Source: Mycolicibacterium smegmatis
GTDB taxonomy: Bacteria; Actinomycetota; Actinomycetes; Mycobacteriales; Mycobacteriaceae
NCBI RefSeq assembly: GCF_001457595.1
Contig: NZ_LN831039.1
Location: forward strand, 4,110,001-4,142,000
Reading direction: 5' to 3'
Length of the DNA: 32,000 nt
This document shows, in pieces, positions 1-9,581 of this stretch. The translations under genes and the position numbers were made by a program. How positions within the stretch are numbered: position 1 is the first letter of the stretch; each line of letters starts with the position of its first letter. A model generated the notes under the pieces. The model had not been told where the DNA came from, searched no databases, and saw only the letters and a program-made list of their open reading frames with translations.

Positions 1-144
1 GGCGTGTCCGGCGACGACTTGCGCTGGCTGATCCTCGGCGTCCACCACGCGGCCTCGATCAACATCGCGGGGTCGGGACGCCACACCCGCTATCTCACGA
101 TCGTGATGGACGGCCTTCGCCGGCCGGCGGTCGCAGACAGGTAA
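1..144 (+). CDS. 3' end of a gene entering from upstream of the window; tail resembles the C-terminus of a TetR-family regulator (partial)
   Basis: Frame +1 is open from base 1 to TAA 142-144 (...GVSGDDLRWLILGVHHAASINIAGSGRHTRYLTIVMDGLRRPAVADR*) with GC-rich third positions. Only 47 codons are visible, so the family call is weak. Confidence 0.3.
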   Translation, partial: GVSGDDLRWLILGVHHAASINIAGSGRHTRYLTIVMDGLRRPAVADR

Positions 145-147
145 ACA

Positions 148-186
148 GATCGGGCGGTGCACCCGAAACGGATGCACCGTCCGATC
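148..186. terminator. Hairpin between two convergent genes, possible bidirectional intrinsic terminator
   Basis: GATCGGGCGGTGCA (148-161) pairs with TGCACCGTCCGATC (173-186), giving a 14-bp stem (one G-U) and an 11-nt loop. It lies between TAA 142-144 and the stop of the minus-strand gene at 230. No clear U-tract. Confidence 0.45.
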
Positions 187-229
187 CTTCGTTGACGACG
201 ACGCGTTCCTCCAGTGATCTGGCGGGAAC

Positions 230-1513
<1,284 letters not shown>

Positions 1514-1570
1514 TCAAGCATTACCAGATGATCATCACCGCCGCCGACCACGCTGTCAACGGGAGCCAGC

Positions 1571-1617
1571 GGATAGATCATCCGTTTAAATTGACGTAAA
1601 TAACGGATGGATGATCC
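1571..1617. promoter_or_regulatory. Repeat-bearing AT-rich candidate operator in the divergent lactate monooxygenase / poxB control region
   Basis: GGATAGATCATCC (1571-1583) and GGATGGATGATCC (1605-1617) are 11/13 identical direct repeats 34 bp apart. ATCCGTT (1580-1586) and AACGGAT (1602-1608) form a 7-bp inverted repeat around TTGACG (1591-1596). Confidence 0.4.
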
Positions 1618-1722
1618 GGTTGTGCGACTCGATAAATTGTCACGCAGTGCCTAATTGACCAGCAGGCGTGAGCATTTGATCACGCCTCCACTTCCATTTG
1701 ACAGCGTGGATACGGTGACCGA

Positions 1723-3453
1723 GTGATAACTGTCGCTGATCACATCGTCTCGGTTTTGCGAATTAGCGGGGTGCGTCGTGTGTACGGGCTTCCGGGGGAC
1801 AGTCTCAATGGGTTCACTGATGCGATTCGTCGTAGTGGTGAGATCAGTTGGGAGCATGTGCGTCATGAGGAGACCGCGGCGTTCGCTGCGGCGGCGGATG
1901 CGGGGTTGACCGGGCAGTTGGCGGTGTGTGCGGGCTCGTGTGGTCCGGGGAATCTCCATCTGATCAACGGGTTGTTCGACGCGCAGCGCTCGCGGGTGCC
2001 GGTGCTGGCGATCGCCGCGCACATCCCGCGCAGCGAGATCGGTTCGCAGTATTTCCAGGAGACCCACCCGCAAGAGTTGTTCGGTGAGTGCAGTGTCTAT
2101 TGCGAGTTGGTGAGCACTCCGGAGATGGCGCCGCGCATCCTGGCGATGGCGATGCGTGCCGCGGTCGAGGACAACGGGGTGGCCGTGGTGGTCATCCCCG
2201 GTGAGATCTTCTTGCAACGGATTCCCGAACAACCGGTGCGGCCGATCAGCGCGACGCGGTCGGTGTTGTGTCCGGATGAGGCGTCGCTGCAGCGGGCGGC
2301 GGATATGTTGAATGCCGCCGAGCGGGTCACCATCCTCGGCGGCGCCGGGGTGGCCGGTGCCCACGACGCGCTGGTGCAGCTCGCCGCGACGCTGCAGGCG
2401 CCGGTGGTGCATGCGTTGCGGGGCAAGGAGTTCATCGAGTACGACAACCCGTTCGATGTGGGGATGACCGGGTTGTTGGGGTTCGCCTCGGGCTACAAGG
2501 CGATCAAAGAGGCCGACACGCTGTTGATGCTGGGCACCGATTTTCCGTATCAGCAGTTCTATCCGGAGAACGCCACGGTGATCCAGGTCGATGTGCGCGG
2601 GGCGCATCTGGGCCGGCGCACCCCGATCGATCTGGGGTTGCGCGGCACCGTCGGCGACACCCTGGCCGCTTTGCAACCGTTGTTGCGGCCCAAGCACGAT
2701 CGCGAGCATCTGGATCGGGCGTTGCGCCACTACCGCAAGACCCGCGCGTCGTTGGATGCGTTGGCGGTCAACGATCGTGACCGCACCCCGATCCGCCCGG
2801 AATACCTCGCCGGGCTCATCGACCGCCTCGCCGCCGCGGATGCGGTGTTCACCTGTGATGTCGGCTCGCCGGTGGTGTGGGCCGCGCGCTATCTGTCGAT
2901 GAACGGCCGGCGCCGGCTGCTCGGGTCGTTCAACCACGGCACCATGGCCAACGCGCTGCCGCACGCGATCGGCGCCCAAAGCGCCTACCGGGGTCGGCAG
3001 GTGATCGCGCTGGCCGGTGACGGCGGGTTGACCATGCTCTTCGGGGAGTTGGTCACCTTGATCCAGAACCGGTTGCCGGTCAAGGTGATCGTGTTCAACA
3101 ACTCCTCGCTGAACTTCGTCGAGCTGGAGATGAAAGCCGCAGGCATCGTCACCTTCGGCACCGACCTGCAAAACCCCGACTTCGCCGCGGTGGCCACCGC
3201 GATGGGCATCTACGGCCGCCGCGTCACCGAACCCGCCGACCTCGAAGACGTCCTCAAAGAGGCCTTCGCCCACGACGGGCCCGCCGTCATCGACGTCCAC
3301 ACCGCCCGCCAAGAACTGTCCATCCCCCCAGCCATCACCATCGAACAAGCCAAAGGCTTCTCCCTCTACGCCATCCGCACCATCCTCGCCGGACGCAGCG
3401 ACGAACTACTCGACCTCATCACCACCAACGTCGCCCGACGCATCCTCGACTGA
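1723..3453 (+). CDS. poxB: Pyruvate oxidase / pyruvate dehydrogenase (quinone), thiamine-diphosphate enzyme (PoxB-like)
   Basis: GTG 1723, 576 aa. TPP-enzyme N-domain (VYGLPGDSLNG, GSCGPGNLHLINGL) and TPP-binding motif LAGDGGLTMLFGEL...VFNNSSL. PoxB/Pqo-like length and domain order. Confidence 0.85.
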   Translation: MITVADHIVSVLRISGVRRVYGLPGDSLNGFTDAIRRSGEISWEHVRHEETAAFAAAADAGLTGQLAVCAGSCGPGNLHLINGLFDAQRSRVPVLAIAAHIPRSEIGSQYFQETHPQELFGECSVYCELVSTPEMAPRILAMAMRAAVEDNGVAVVVIPGEIFLQRIPEQPVRPISATRSVLCPDEASLQRAADMLNAAERVTILGGAGVAGAHDALVQLAATLQAPVVHALRGKEFIEYDNPFDVGMTGLLGFASGYKAIKEADTLLMLGTDFPYQQFYPENATVIQVDVRGAHLGRRTPIDLGLRGTVGDTLAALQPLLRPKHDREHLDRALRHYRKTRASLDALAVNDRDRTPIRPEYLAGLIDRLAAADAVFTCDVGSPVVWAARYLSMNGRRRLLGSFNHGTMANALPHAIGAQSAYRGRQVIALAGDGGLTMLFGELVTLIQNRLPVKVIVFNNSSLNFVELEMKAAGIVTFGTDLQNPDFAAVATAMGIYGRRVTEPADLEDVLKEAFAHDGPAVIDVHTARQELSIPPAITIEQAKGFSLYAIRTILAGRSDELLDLITTNVARRILD

Positions 3454-3468
3454 CCCGAAGGAGTGAAC

Positions 3469-3756
3469 ATGTCCATCCGTACGAGGCGCCGAATCGCGAT
3501 CCTCGCCGGAACCCTGACCGTCACAGCGCTCTTCGCTGTCGGATGTCAGAGCAGCACGGAGCAAGAACCGTCACCCCCATCGACAACCACGACGACAACC
3601 ACGACGACGACAACCCCTGCGCCGACCACCACACCTGCGCCGCCTGCGCCGACCGAGAAAGGCCTCAGCCCCACCGGTGGCAACCTGTTCACCCCAGAGG
3701 TCAAGGCACCACCGGCGCCCACGGAACCGCCTGGGGTACACCGCCACAAGAATTGA
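3469..3756 (+). CDS. Small secreted lipoprotein, Thr/Pro-rich (paralog 1)
   Basis: ATG 3469 sits 7 nt after GAAGGAG (3455-3461). Signal MSIRTRRRIAILAGTLTVTALFAVG-C has a twin-Arg-like n-region and an FAVGC lipobox. T11 tract, then the motif PAPPAPTEKGLSPTGGNLFTPEVKAPPAPTEPPG shared with the next gene. Confidence 0.7.
   Translation: MSIRTRRRIAILAGTLTVTALFAVGCQSSTEQEPSPPSTTTTTTTTTTTPAPTTTPAPPAPTEKGLSPTGGNLFTPEVKAPPAPTEPPGVHRHKN
3583..3615 (+). repeat. Imperfect 12-nt tandem repeat encoding a poly-threonine (T11) tract
   Basis: ACAACCACGACG / ACAACCACGACGACG / ACAACC, in frame with CDS 3469-3756. A slippage-prone coding microsatellite. Confidence 0.8.
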
Positions 3757-3784
3757 TCCCGCACGCACAGACAGGAGTTCGACC

Positions 3785-4096
3785 ATGCTCGTCCATCGTT
3801 TCGATCGACGCGTGCTCGTCGCGTGCGCGGGTGCCGCGCTGATCGCGATGACCGCCGCCTGCGGTGACGGCGACACCTCTACCCCACCGACGTCCGGGCC
3901 GACGTCCGAGGAGACGTCGGTGACGACCACCACGACCACGGCGCCGTCCAGCGCCCCACCGGAGCCTGCCCCACCGGCGCCCACCGAGAAGAGCATCGAT
4001 CCCACGGGTGGCAATCTGTTCACCCCGGGAGTTCATGCCCCTGCGGCACCCACCGTTCCGCCGGGCCAACATCCAGGGCTGCACGGCATTCCGTGA
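3785..4096 (+). CDS. Small secreted lipoprotein, Thr/Pro-rich (paralog 2)
   Basis: ORF 3677..4096 trimmed to ATG 3785, 8 nt after ACAGGAG. MLVHRFDRRVLVACAGAALIAMTAA-C (RR n-region, lipobox MTAAC). T6 tract and the conserved tail PAPPAPTEKSIDPTGGNLFTPGVHAPAAPTVPPG. Confidence 0.7.
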   Translation: MLVHRFDRRVLVACAGAALIAMTAACGDGDTSTPPTSGPTSEETSVTTTTTTAPSSAPPEPAPPAPTEKSIDPTGGNLFTPGVHAPAAPTVPPGQHPGLHGIP

Positions 4097-4109
4097 GTGG
4101 TCCGCGGAC

Positions 4110-4802
4110 TCATCCGAGTCGGCGGGTGGGCCACCGCGACAGATCCGCCTCAAGCACCTCGGGATCCCGTTCGGAGAACACCTCCGCGGTGATCTCGAGG
4201 TGCCGGATGCGGTTGAGCTGAAATCCGCGGATGCCCTCGCGGAGCCGACACCATCCCACGAACAGCCACGCGTCGCCTCCGCGCAGCAGACCCATCGCCT
4301 CCACATCACGGGTGGTGCGCGTCTCGCCGTCCTCGGAGGTGTATTCCAACCGCACGACTCGGCGCGCGGCGATCGCCTCCGGGATCAAAGAGACCGCCGC
4401 CTCGGACGGTGATGGGGCGTCGATGACGAACATGGATGCCAGCGCCTCATCGATAGGCGCGAGTTGATCCTCGCGGCTGATCGCGAGGATCTTCGCCCGT
4501 GCCCGACGCGCCGCGGCGCCGTACGGCGAGGTCTCCAGCAAGCCGAGCCCCGTGAGCACCGCCAACGACTCCGGCACAGTCAGATTCAACGGCGGCAGCG
4601 AATGTTCCCGCAGAATCGAATACCCGCCGGACACACCATGGTCGGCATAGATGGGCACCCCGGCGAGTTGAAGGGATTGAATGTCGCGCTCGATCGTGCG
4701 CTTCGACACCCCGAACTCCTCGGCGATCCGGGCGGCCGACAACGGTTTGCGCGATCCGCGCAGCAGATCAACCAACGCGTACAACCGTTCGGCTCTCCTC
4801 AC
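4110..4802 (-). CDS. HTH + WYL-domain transcriptional regulator (YafY/DeoR-like N-terminus)
   Basis: GTG 4802. N-terminal HTH ARIAEEFGVSKRTIERDIQSLQLAGVPI. C-terminal WYL-type segment VVRLEYTSEDGETRTTRDVEAMGLLRGGDAWLFVGWCRLREGIRGFQLNRI. Confidence 0.85.
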   Translation of the reverse strand: MRRAERLYALVDLLRGSRKPLSAARIAEEFGVSKRTIERDIQSLQLAGVPIYADHGVSGGYSILREHSLPPLNLTVPESLAVLTGLGLLETSPYGAAARRARAKILAISREDQLAPIDEALASMFVIDAPSPSEAAVSLIPEAIAARRVVRLEYTSEDGETRTTRDVEAMGLLRGGDAWLFVGWCRLREGIRGFQLNRIRHLEITAEVFSERDPEVLEADLSRWPTRRLG

Positions 4803-4823
4803 GCAGTCGAGTCTCCCCTGACC

Positions 4824-5246
4824 TCACACCGAATGTGTTCGTGTCCCGGTCGTCGACCACACCTCGCGGATCAGCCCGTTCTCGGTGAAGTCGAAGACGT
4901 CGATCCCGCCCACGGCAACCTCCCCGTCTTGCACGTTCCACAACATCCTCCCGTGGGCGCCGTCGACGGCACGCGACACCTCGGTGAACACCACTCTCGG
5001 GTGGCGGACGCGCCACCGTTCCAGAAAGCGGGCGAAGCTCTCTGCGCCGAGTACATCGTCACCCGGGTTCGACCCGTCCGAATCGGAGATCAAGAAGTGA
5101 ATCCGGAAATCGTCGCTGCAGATCCGACGTGCGATCCTGCTGTCCGAGTTCCACATCCGCAGCCACACAGCGAGTGCCGCATCGGCAACAGCCGCGTTGA
5201 TGTCCAGCGTGTTCGTGTTGTCGTCCATGGCACCAGGATCAGACAC
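4824..5246 (-). CDS. SnoaL/NTF2-like fold protein (polyketide-cyclase-like small enzyme or binding protein)
   Basis: 140-aa ORF, 21 nt upstream of the WYL gene on the same strand. NTF2-like pattern (WLRMWNSD...FTENGLIREVWS). Start is uncertain (GTG 5246 or ATG 5228) and no clear SD is visible. Confidence 0.6.
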   Translation of the reverse strand: MSDPGAMDDNTNTLDINAAVADAALAVWLRMWNSDSRIARRICSDDFRIHFLISDSDGSNPGDDVLGAESFARFLERWRVRHPRVVFTEVSRAVDGAHGRMLWNVQDGEVAVGGIDVFDFTENGLIREVWSTTGTRTHSV

Positions 5247-5277
5247 CGTCGCGACAACGGTATGTCGGTGTTTGCCC

Positions 5278-6681
5278 TCAGATGCCCGGATGCTGGTTTC
5301 GAACGGGACTGACCGACTCGAGCAGGGACGCCAGATTCAGAACTGTGGATTCTGCAAGCCAAGTGGAGATCAGTTGCACATTGATCGGCAGCCCAGCGCT
5401 GCTGGTGCCGAAACGTAGCGACAGCGCCGGCAGCCCGGTGACGTTGAACGGCACGGTGGCGCCCATGATGTAGGTTGCGTCCACCGTTTGGCCGTTGATG
5501 TCGAATTCCTTGGCGCGATGCTCGTGTGCAGGAACGGGAAGGACTGGGGCCAGCAGCGCGTCGTAGCGGCTGAAGTAGTCGGCGAACCCGTCGCGCAGAC
5601 GTTCACCGGCCTGTTCGGCTTCGACGAAGTCCTGTATGGACGTATCCGGTGTTGCCAGAATACGTTTGGAGATGGCGAACAGTTCCTCGTCGCCGCGTCC
5701 GGCAGTGGCCTCGGCGAAGGCAGGTTTGAGTTCCATGACGTGCAGACGCATGAAGACATCGAGGGCGAAGTCCCGTTCCAATGCCGGGATGCGCACCGGT
5801 TCCACGGCGAGGCCGATACTGCTCAGTGCCTCGGCCGCCGCGCGCACGGTCGCAGCGACCTCGGCGTCGATGGGCCCGAACCCTGGTTCGACCAGCCAAC
5901 CGACCCGCAGCGAATCAACGGCAGCGGTTCCCGCGTCGAATCGGACAGGGCTGATGGCGAACGCATCGGCTCCGTCGGGGCCGGCCAATAGCTCGTAGGC
6001 CAGGGCGAGGTCGCGGACCGTGCGCGCCATCGGACCGACGTGCCAGAAACGGCGCGGTACCCGGGGCCAGACACCGGTCATCGGGATACGGCCGTGGGTG
6101 GCCTTGAGAGCGGCAATTCCGGTCTGGGCAGCGGGGCCTCGCACCGAGATTGCCAGGTCGGTGCCCAGACCCAGCGGCGACAATCCGGCGGCGATCGCGG
6201 CCGATTCGCCGCCACTGGAGCCACCGGGGGTGCGATCGAGATTCCACGGGTTGTTCGATCGGCCCGTGAGCAGGTTGTCGGTCTCGGTGGAATAGGAGAA
6301 CTCGGGCAAGTTGGTCTTGGCCAGCACGATCGCACCGGCCGCCTTCAGTCGGGCCACGCTGACCGCGTCGGTCTGCGGGATGCGTCCGGCGAAGATCGGC
6401 GAACCTCGCTGCGTCAGCACGTCGGCGGTGTCGATGGAATCCTTGACGGTGAACGGCACACCGTGGAGCGGCGGCAGATCGTCGCCGCGCATGACCGCGG
6501 CTTCGGCGGATCTTGCCTGGGCGAGCGCCCTTTCGGCCACGGTGACGATCGCATTGATCTTGGGATTGACCGCCTCGATGCGGTCCAGGTGCGCCTGCAC
6601 CACCTCAACGGGTGACAGTTGACGCGAGCGGATGAGCTCCGCGAGTCCGGTGGCGTCGGAATAGATGATGTCAGTGCTCAC
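5278..6681 (-). CDS. Amidase (amidase-signature family, GatA-like)
   Basis: GTG 6681 with a GAAAGG SD. 467 aa. AS signature GGSSGGESAAIAAG plus the conserved LTGRSNNPWN region. Confidence 0.9.
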   Translation of the reverse strand: MSTDIIYSDATGLAELIRSRQLSPVEVVQAHLDRIEAVNPKINAIVTVAERALAQARSAEAAVMRGDDLPPLHGVPFTVKDSIDTADVLTQRGSPIFAGRIPQTDAVSVARLKAAGAIVLAKTNLPEFSYSTETDNLLTGRSNNPWNLDRTPGGSSGGESAAIAAGLSPLGLGTDLAISVRGPAAQTGIAALKATHGRIPMTGVWPRVPRRFWHVGPMARTVRDLALAYELLAGPDGADAFAISPVRFDAGTAAVDSLRVGWLVEPGFGPIDAEVAATVRAAAEALSSIGLAVEPVRIPALERDFALDVFMRLHVMELKPAFAEATAGRGDEELFAISKRILATPDTSIQDFVEAEQAGERLRDGFADYFSRYDALLAPVLPVPAHEHRAKEFDINGQTVDATYIMGATVPFNVTGLPALSLRFGTSSAGLPINVQLISTWLAESTVLNLASLLESVSPVRNQHPGI

Positions 6682-6750
6682 CTCGGTTGCCTTTCACGAA
6701 CAGTTGGTACTGCCCCAGCCTCGGCCTCCACTCCTCCCCGTGACAACACC

Positions 6751-6767
6751 GTTCAGGTTTTCTGAAC
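6751..6767. promoter_or_regulatory. LysR-type T-N11-A dyad (candidate LysR binding site)
   Basis: GTTCAG-gtttt-CTGAAC is a perfect 6-bp inverted repeat containing T-N11-A (TCAGGTTTTCTGA). It lies 22 bp upstream of the LysR start, in the divergent amidase/LysR intergenic region. Confidence 0.5.
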
Positions 6768-6788
6768 AATGTCGTGCACACTTGTGTG

Positions 6789-7604
6789 ATGACGACCCTC
6801 GACATCACCGTGCTTCGGACATTCGTCGCGGTGACCGCATTCGGCGGAGTGCGACGCGCCGCACAGGCGCTGCACCTGTCGCCTGCTGCCGTCAGCAGCC
6901 ACGTCCGCCGCCTCGAACGTGAACTGGGATGCCGGCTGGTCACCGCTCAGGGTCGCGGTATCGGTCTGACCATCGACGGGGAGGAACTGGCCTCCCGGGC
7001 GCGAATGATCCTGCAGGAACACGACGACACCGTGTACGCGCTGCAACGACCCCGCGACGACCAGCTTGTCGTCGCCGCGAGTGAGCACGCCGCAGAGTCG
7101 CTGGTGCCCACGGTGGTCTCGACGTTGAGCGAGGCCTATCCCGACCACGAAATCACGCTGCGGCTCAACCGAAGTGAGCGTGTGCGTCAACTCGCCGACG
7201 ACGCGCGTGCCGATGTCGGGATCATGCTCACCCGGTCCGGACACGCGGGAGTCAAGGTGGCCGCCCTGCCCCTGCAGTGGTTCGGCACGGAAACCGCCAG
7301 ACGAGACCGCATCGTCCTGTTCGCGCGTCCCTGCGCCATCCGTGACCCGGCCACCGCGTCACTGACTGGTCTCCCCTACCGAATCGTCAAGGAGGCCGTG
7401 GATCTGACCTGCCTTCTCACCGCCGTGCGGCAGGGCTACGGAGTCACGCCGCTGCCACGCACCGGTCCCCTGCCCGAAGGTCTCCGTCACATCACCGATC
7501 TCCCCGGCATTCCCAGCGTGAACCTCTACCTGACCACCAGCAGCCGCATCGACCTGCACGTTCGCACCGCGCTACTCGAGGCGTTGCGCACCGCCATCCA
7601 GTGA
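6789..7604 (+). CDS. LysR-family transcriptional regulator
   Basis: ORF 6774..7604 trimmed to ATG 6789 (MTTLDITVLRTFVAV...). HTH FGGVRRAAQALHLSPAAVSSHVRRLEREL. Divergent from the amidase operon. Confidence 0.85.
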   Translation: MTTLDITVLRTFVAVTAFGGVRRAAQALHLSPAAVSSHVRRLERELGCRLVTAQGRGIGLTIDGEELASRARMILQEHDDTVYALQRPRDDQLVVAASEHAAESLVPTVVSTLSEAYPDHEITLRLNRSERVRQLADDARADVGIMLTRSGHAGVKVAALPLQWFGTETARRDRIVLFARPCAIRDPATASLTGLPYRIVKEAVDLTCLLTAVRQGYGVTPLPRTGPLPEGLRHITDLPGIPSVNLYLTTSSRIDLHVRTALLEALRTAIQ

Positions 7605-7610
7605 TGCCGA

Positions 7611-9581
7611 TCAGTCCCAGTGCGAAGCCGCACGCACGTGGAGCAAGTCGCGGAACTGTTTGGTGGTGTTCGGCAGCAGTTCGCCGGTTCCCCAGTCGAC
7701 GATGACGCCGTAGCGGCGCAGCAGATCGAAGGTGTCGAGCTCGCCGTCGCGGAACCGCTCGGCGACCTCCTCGGGATCGGTGTCGAGCCACTTCCTGCGC
7801 GCTGCCCTGATTTCAGTGCGCAGCGCTTCGGTTGCGCCACGGTCGATCTCGTACTCGTCGATCTCCAGGTCGATCGGCGTGATCACCACGCCGTAGTCGC
7901 GCGCGGCGCCGGCGATGGTCACGTATCCGTCGATCACGTCCTCCAGGACCTCTTCGGGTGCACGCCTGAGAGGGTCACCGAGTCCGCCGCCGCCTGCCGA
8001 CGGCCGCTCGAAGGTGTCGCCCGCCTGCACCGCAACGTTGGAGAACACCGAACCGAGGAACTGTTCTTCGGCCGTTCCACGATTGAGCCAGACGCCGTGC
8101 GGGATGGACGGCAGCCCACCTTCGATACCCCAGGTGACCGAGCGGGAGCGGTCGCAGCAGTACGACATGACGGTGTTCTCGCAGTCGGTCAGTGTGCCGC
8201 CCTTGGTCACGCCGCAGCCCCCGCGGTGCAAGCCTGGACCGCCGGAGTCAGGGATGATCGCGTGCTTGGTCGTCAGCACGGGCGTCAGGCGTTCCTGCCC
8301 CTCGCACGGCTGGACGGCCAGCCCCACGCCGAACACGGGTGCCGTGGCCGTGGAACCGTCCTTGGTGCTGCGGCCTCCCCAGCCGCCTGCCATCCAGTCG
8401 TACCACATGAAGAACGGACGATCGTCGCCACGGGCGTCACGGCCGCCGACGAGGAGGTACTCGAGGTTGAACGAGCACGCGATCGCACGTTCGGGCATGA
8501 TTCCCGACCACAACTCGAAGATGGCGTTCATGATCTTCTCGTATGGGCCGGAACAGAATCCGGTCACCGCCACCGGCCATCCGGCGTTGACGACGGTGCC
8601 TTCGGGTCCGATGTCGGTGGTGATGGCGGCATACAGTCCCGAGTTGAGCGGCACGTCGGGGAAGAAGGTCTTGGTCCCCGCGACGATGCCCGAGAAGGCG
8701 GTGCCGTAGCCACAGTTGAGGAAGCTCGCAACGGCCGGGGCGCTACCGGAGAGGTCGTAGCTCAGCTGGTCGCCCTTGATCGTCATCTTGACCCGGATCG
8801 GCACCATCCCTTCGGGTTTGGAGGGATCGGAATCGAGGAAATCCTCGGTCACCCACTCGCCGTCGGGAAGGTCCGCGACGCGCTGACGGACGATGCGCTC
8901 GACGTAGTCCTGGACCTCGGCCATCGCTTCGACCACCGTCTCGCGACCGTACTTGGCCACCAGACGGTGAATCTCGCGCTCGCACACGCCGGTTGCCTCG
9001 GCCTGTGCGTGCAGGTCGCCCATGCTGATCTCCGGCGCGCGTGTGTTGGCCACCAGCAGCTTGGCGACATCCCCGAGGAACCGGCCCTCGTGCCAGATGC
9101 GCACAGGAGTGATCCGCAGACCTTCGGCGAAGTGCTCGGTGGCGGTGACGTCGAACGACCCCGGCACGCTGCCGCCGATATCGGCCCAGTGGCCCTTGTT
9201 CTGGGCGAACCCGATCAACTCATTGTCGGCGAAGATCGGCCGGATGAAGCTGACGTCGTTGAGGTGCGTACCGCCACGGTACGGGTCGTTGACGCAGAAC
9301 ACGTCACCGGGATTGATGTCACCGCTGAACTCCTCGAGCACGGCCTTGCACTGGAAGTGCAGTGTTCCGACGTGTACCGCGATGTCCTGGCTGCCCTGCA
9401 TCACGGTGTTGCCCTGTGCGTCGCACAGCGCAGACGAGAAGTCGCGGCTGTAGATGACAAACGAGTAGCAGGTGCGCAGGATCTGCTCACTCATGAGGTC
9501 GACGGACGTCACGAACGCGTTCTTGAGGACCTCGAAGGTGACCGGGTCGAGGCGCCGGCGGGTGGTGGTTGCGACGGTCAC
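7611..9581 (-). CDS. hyuB: Hydantoinase B / oxoprolinase family protein (HyuB-like subunit)
   Basis: ORF 7611..9620 trimmed to GTG 9581, which overlaps the upstream stop as GTGA. Begins VTVATTTRRRLDPVTFEVLKNAF, a typical HyuB N-terminus. 656 aa. Confidence 0.9.
   Translation of the reverse strand: MTVATTTRRRLDPVTFEVLKNAFVTSVDLMSEQILRTCYSFVIYSRDFSSALCDAQGNTVMQGSQDIAVHVGTLHFQCKAVLEEFSGDINPGDVFCVNDPYRGGTHLNDVSFIRPIFADNELIGFAQNKGHWADIGGSVPGSFDVTATEHFAEGLRITPVRIWHEGRFLGDVAKLLVANTRAPEISMGDLHAQAEATGVCEREIHRLVAKYGRETVVEAMAEVQDYVERIVRQRVADLPDGEWVTEDFLDSDPSKPEGMVPIRVKMTIKGDQLSYDLSGSAPAVASFLNCGYGTAFSGIVAGTKTFFPDVPLNSGLYAAITTDIGPEGTVVNAGWPVAVTGFCSGPYEKIMNAIFELWSGIMPERAIACSFNLEYLLVGGRDARGDDRPFFMWYDWMAGGWGGRSTKDGSTATAPVFGVGLAVQPCEGQERLTPVLTTKHAIIPDSGGPGLHRGGCGVTKGGTLTDCENTVMSYCCDRSRSVTWGIEGGLPSIPHGVWLNRGTAEEQFLGSVFSNVAVQAGDTFERPSAGGGGLGDPLRRAPEEVLEDVIDGYVTIAGAARDYGVVITPIDLEIDEYEIDRGATEALRTEIRAARRKWLDTDPEEVAERFRDGELDTFDLLRRYGVIVDWGTGELLPNTTKQFRDLLHVRAASHWD

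Noticed and set aside
1651-3348. 565-aa ORF antisense to poxB. The same applies to 332..1531 (+), 7620..9770 (+, 716 aa), 16619..17383 (+), 18284..19219 (+), 20382..21191 (+), 29101..30069 (+), 29870..30733 (-) and 30811..31695 (-).
   Set aside because: These are Arg/Gly/His/Asp/Pro-rich translations with no recognisable motifs. Each lies fully inside a well-supported gene on the other strand or frame. Such stop-free shadow frames are expected at ~67% GC.
3660-3690. LSPTGG / IDPTGG in the lipoprotein tails as a sortase LPXTG-type sorting signal
   Set aside because: The residue order does not fit LPXTG or LAXTG, and no hydrophobic segment plus positive tail follows. As far as I know, mycobacteria lack the corresponding sortase pathway.
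3543-3842. 99-aa ORF with an HDDNHDDDN repeat, and minus-strand Gly/Val/Arg-rich ORFs across 3546-4309
   Set aside because: These are alternative-frame readings of the Thr/Pro codon repeats of the two lipoprotein genes. They have no start context, and the lipoprotein frames have SDs, signal peptides and lipoboxes.
3583-3960. Short tandem ACN-codon repeats considered as a possible CRISPR or VNTR locus
   Set aside because: These are in-frame poly-Thr coding repeats of 12 nt with no spacer/repeat organisation. No CRISPR-like array, tRNA or rRNA signature was found anywhere in the window.
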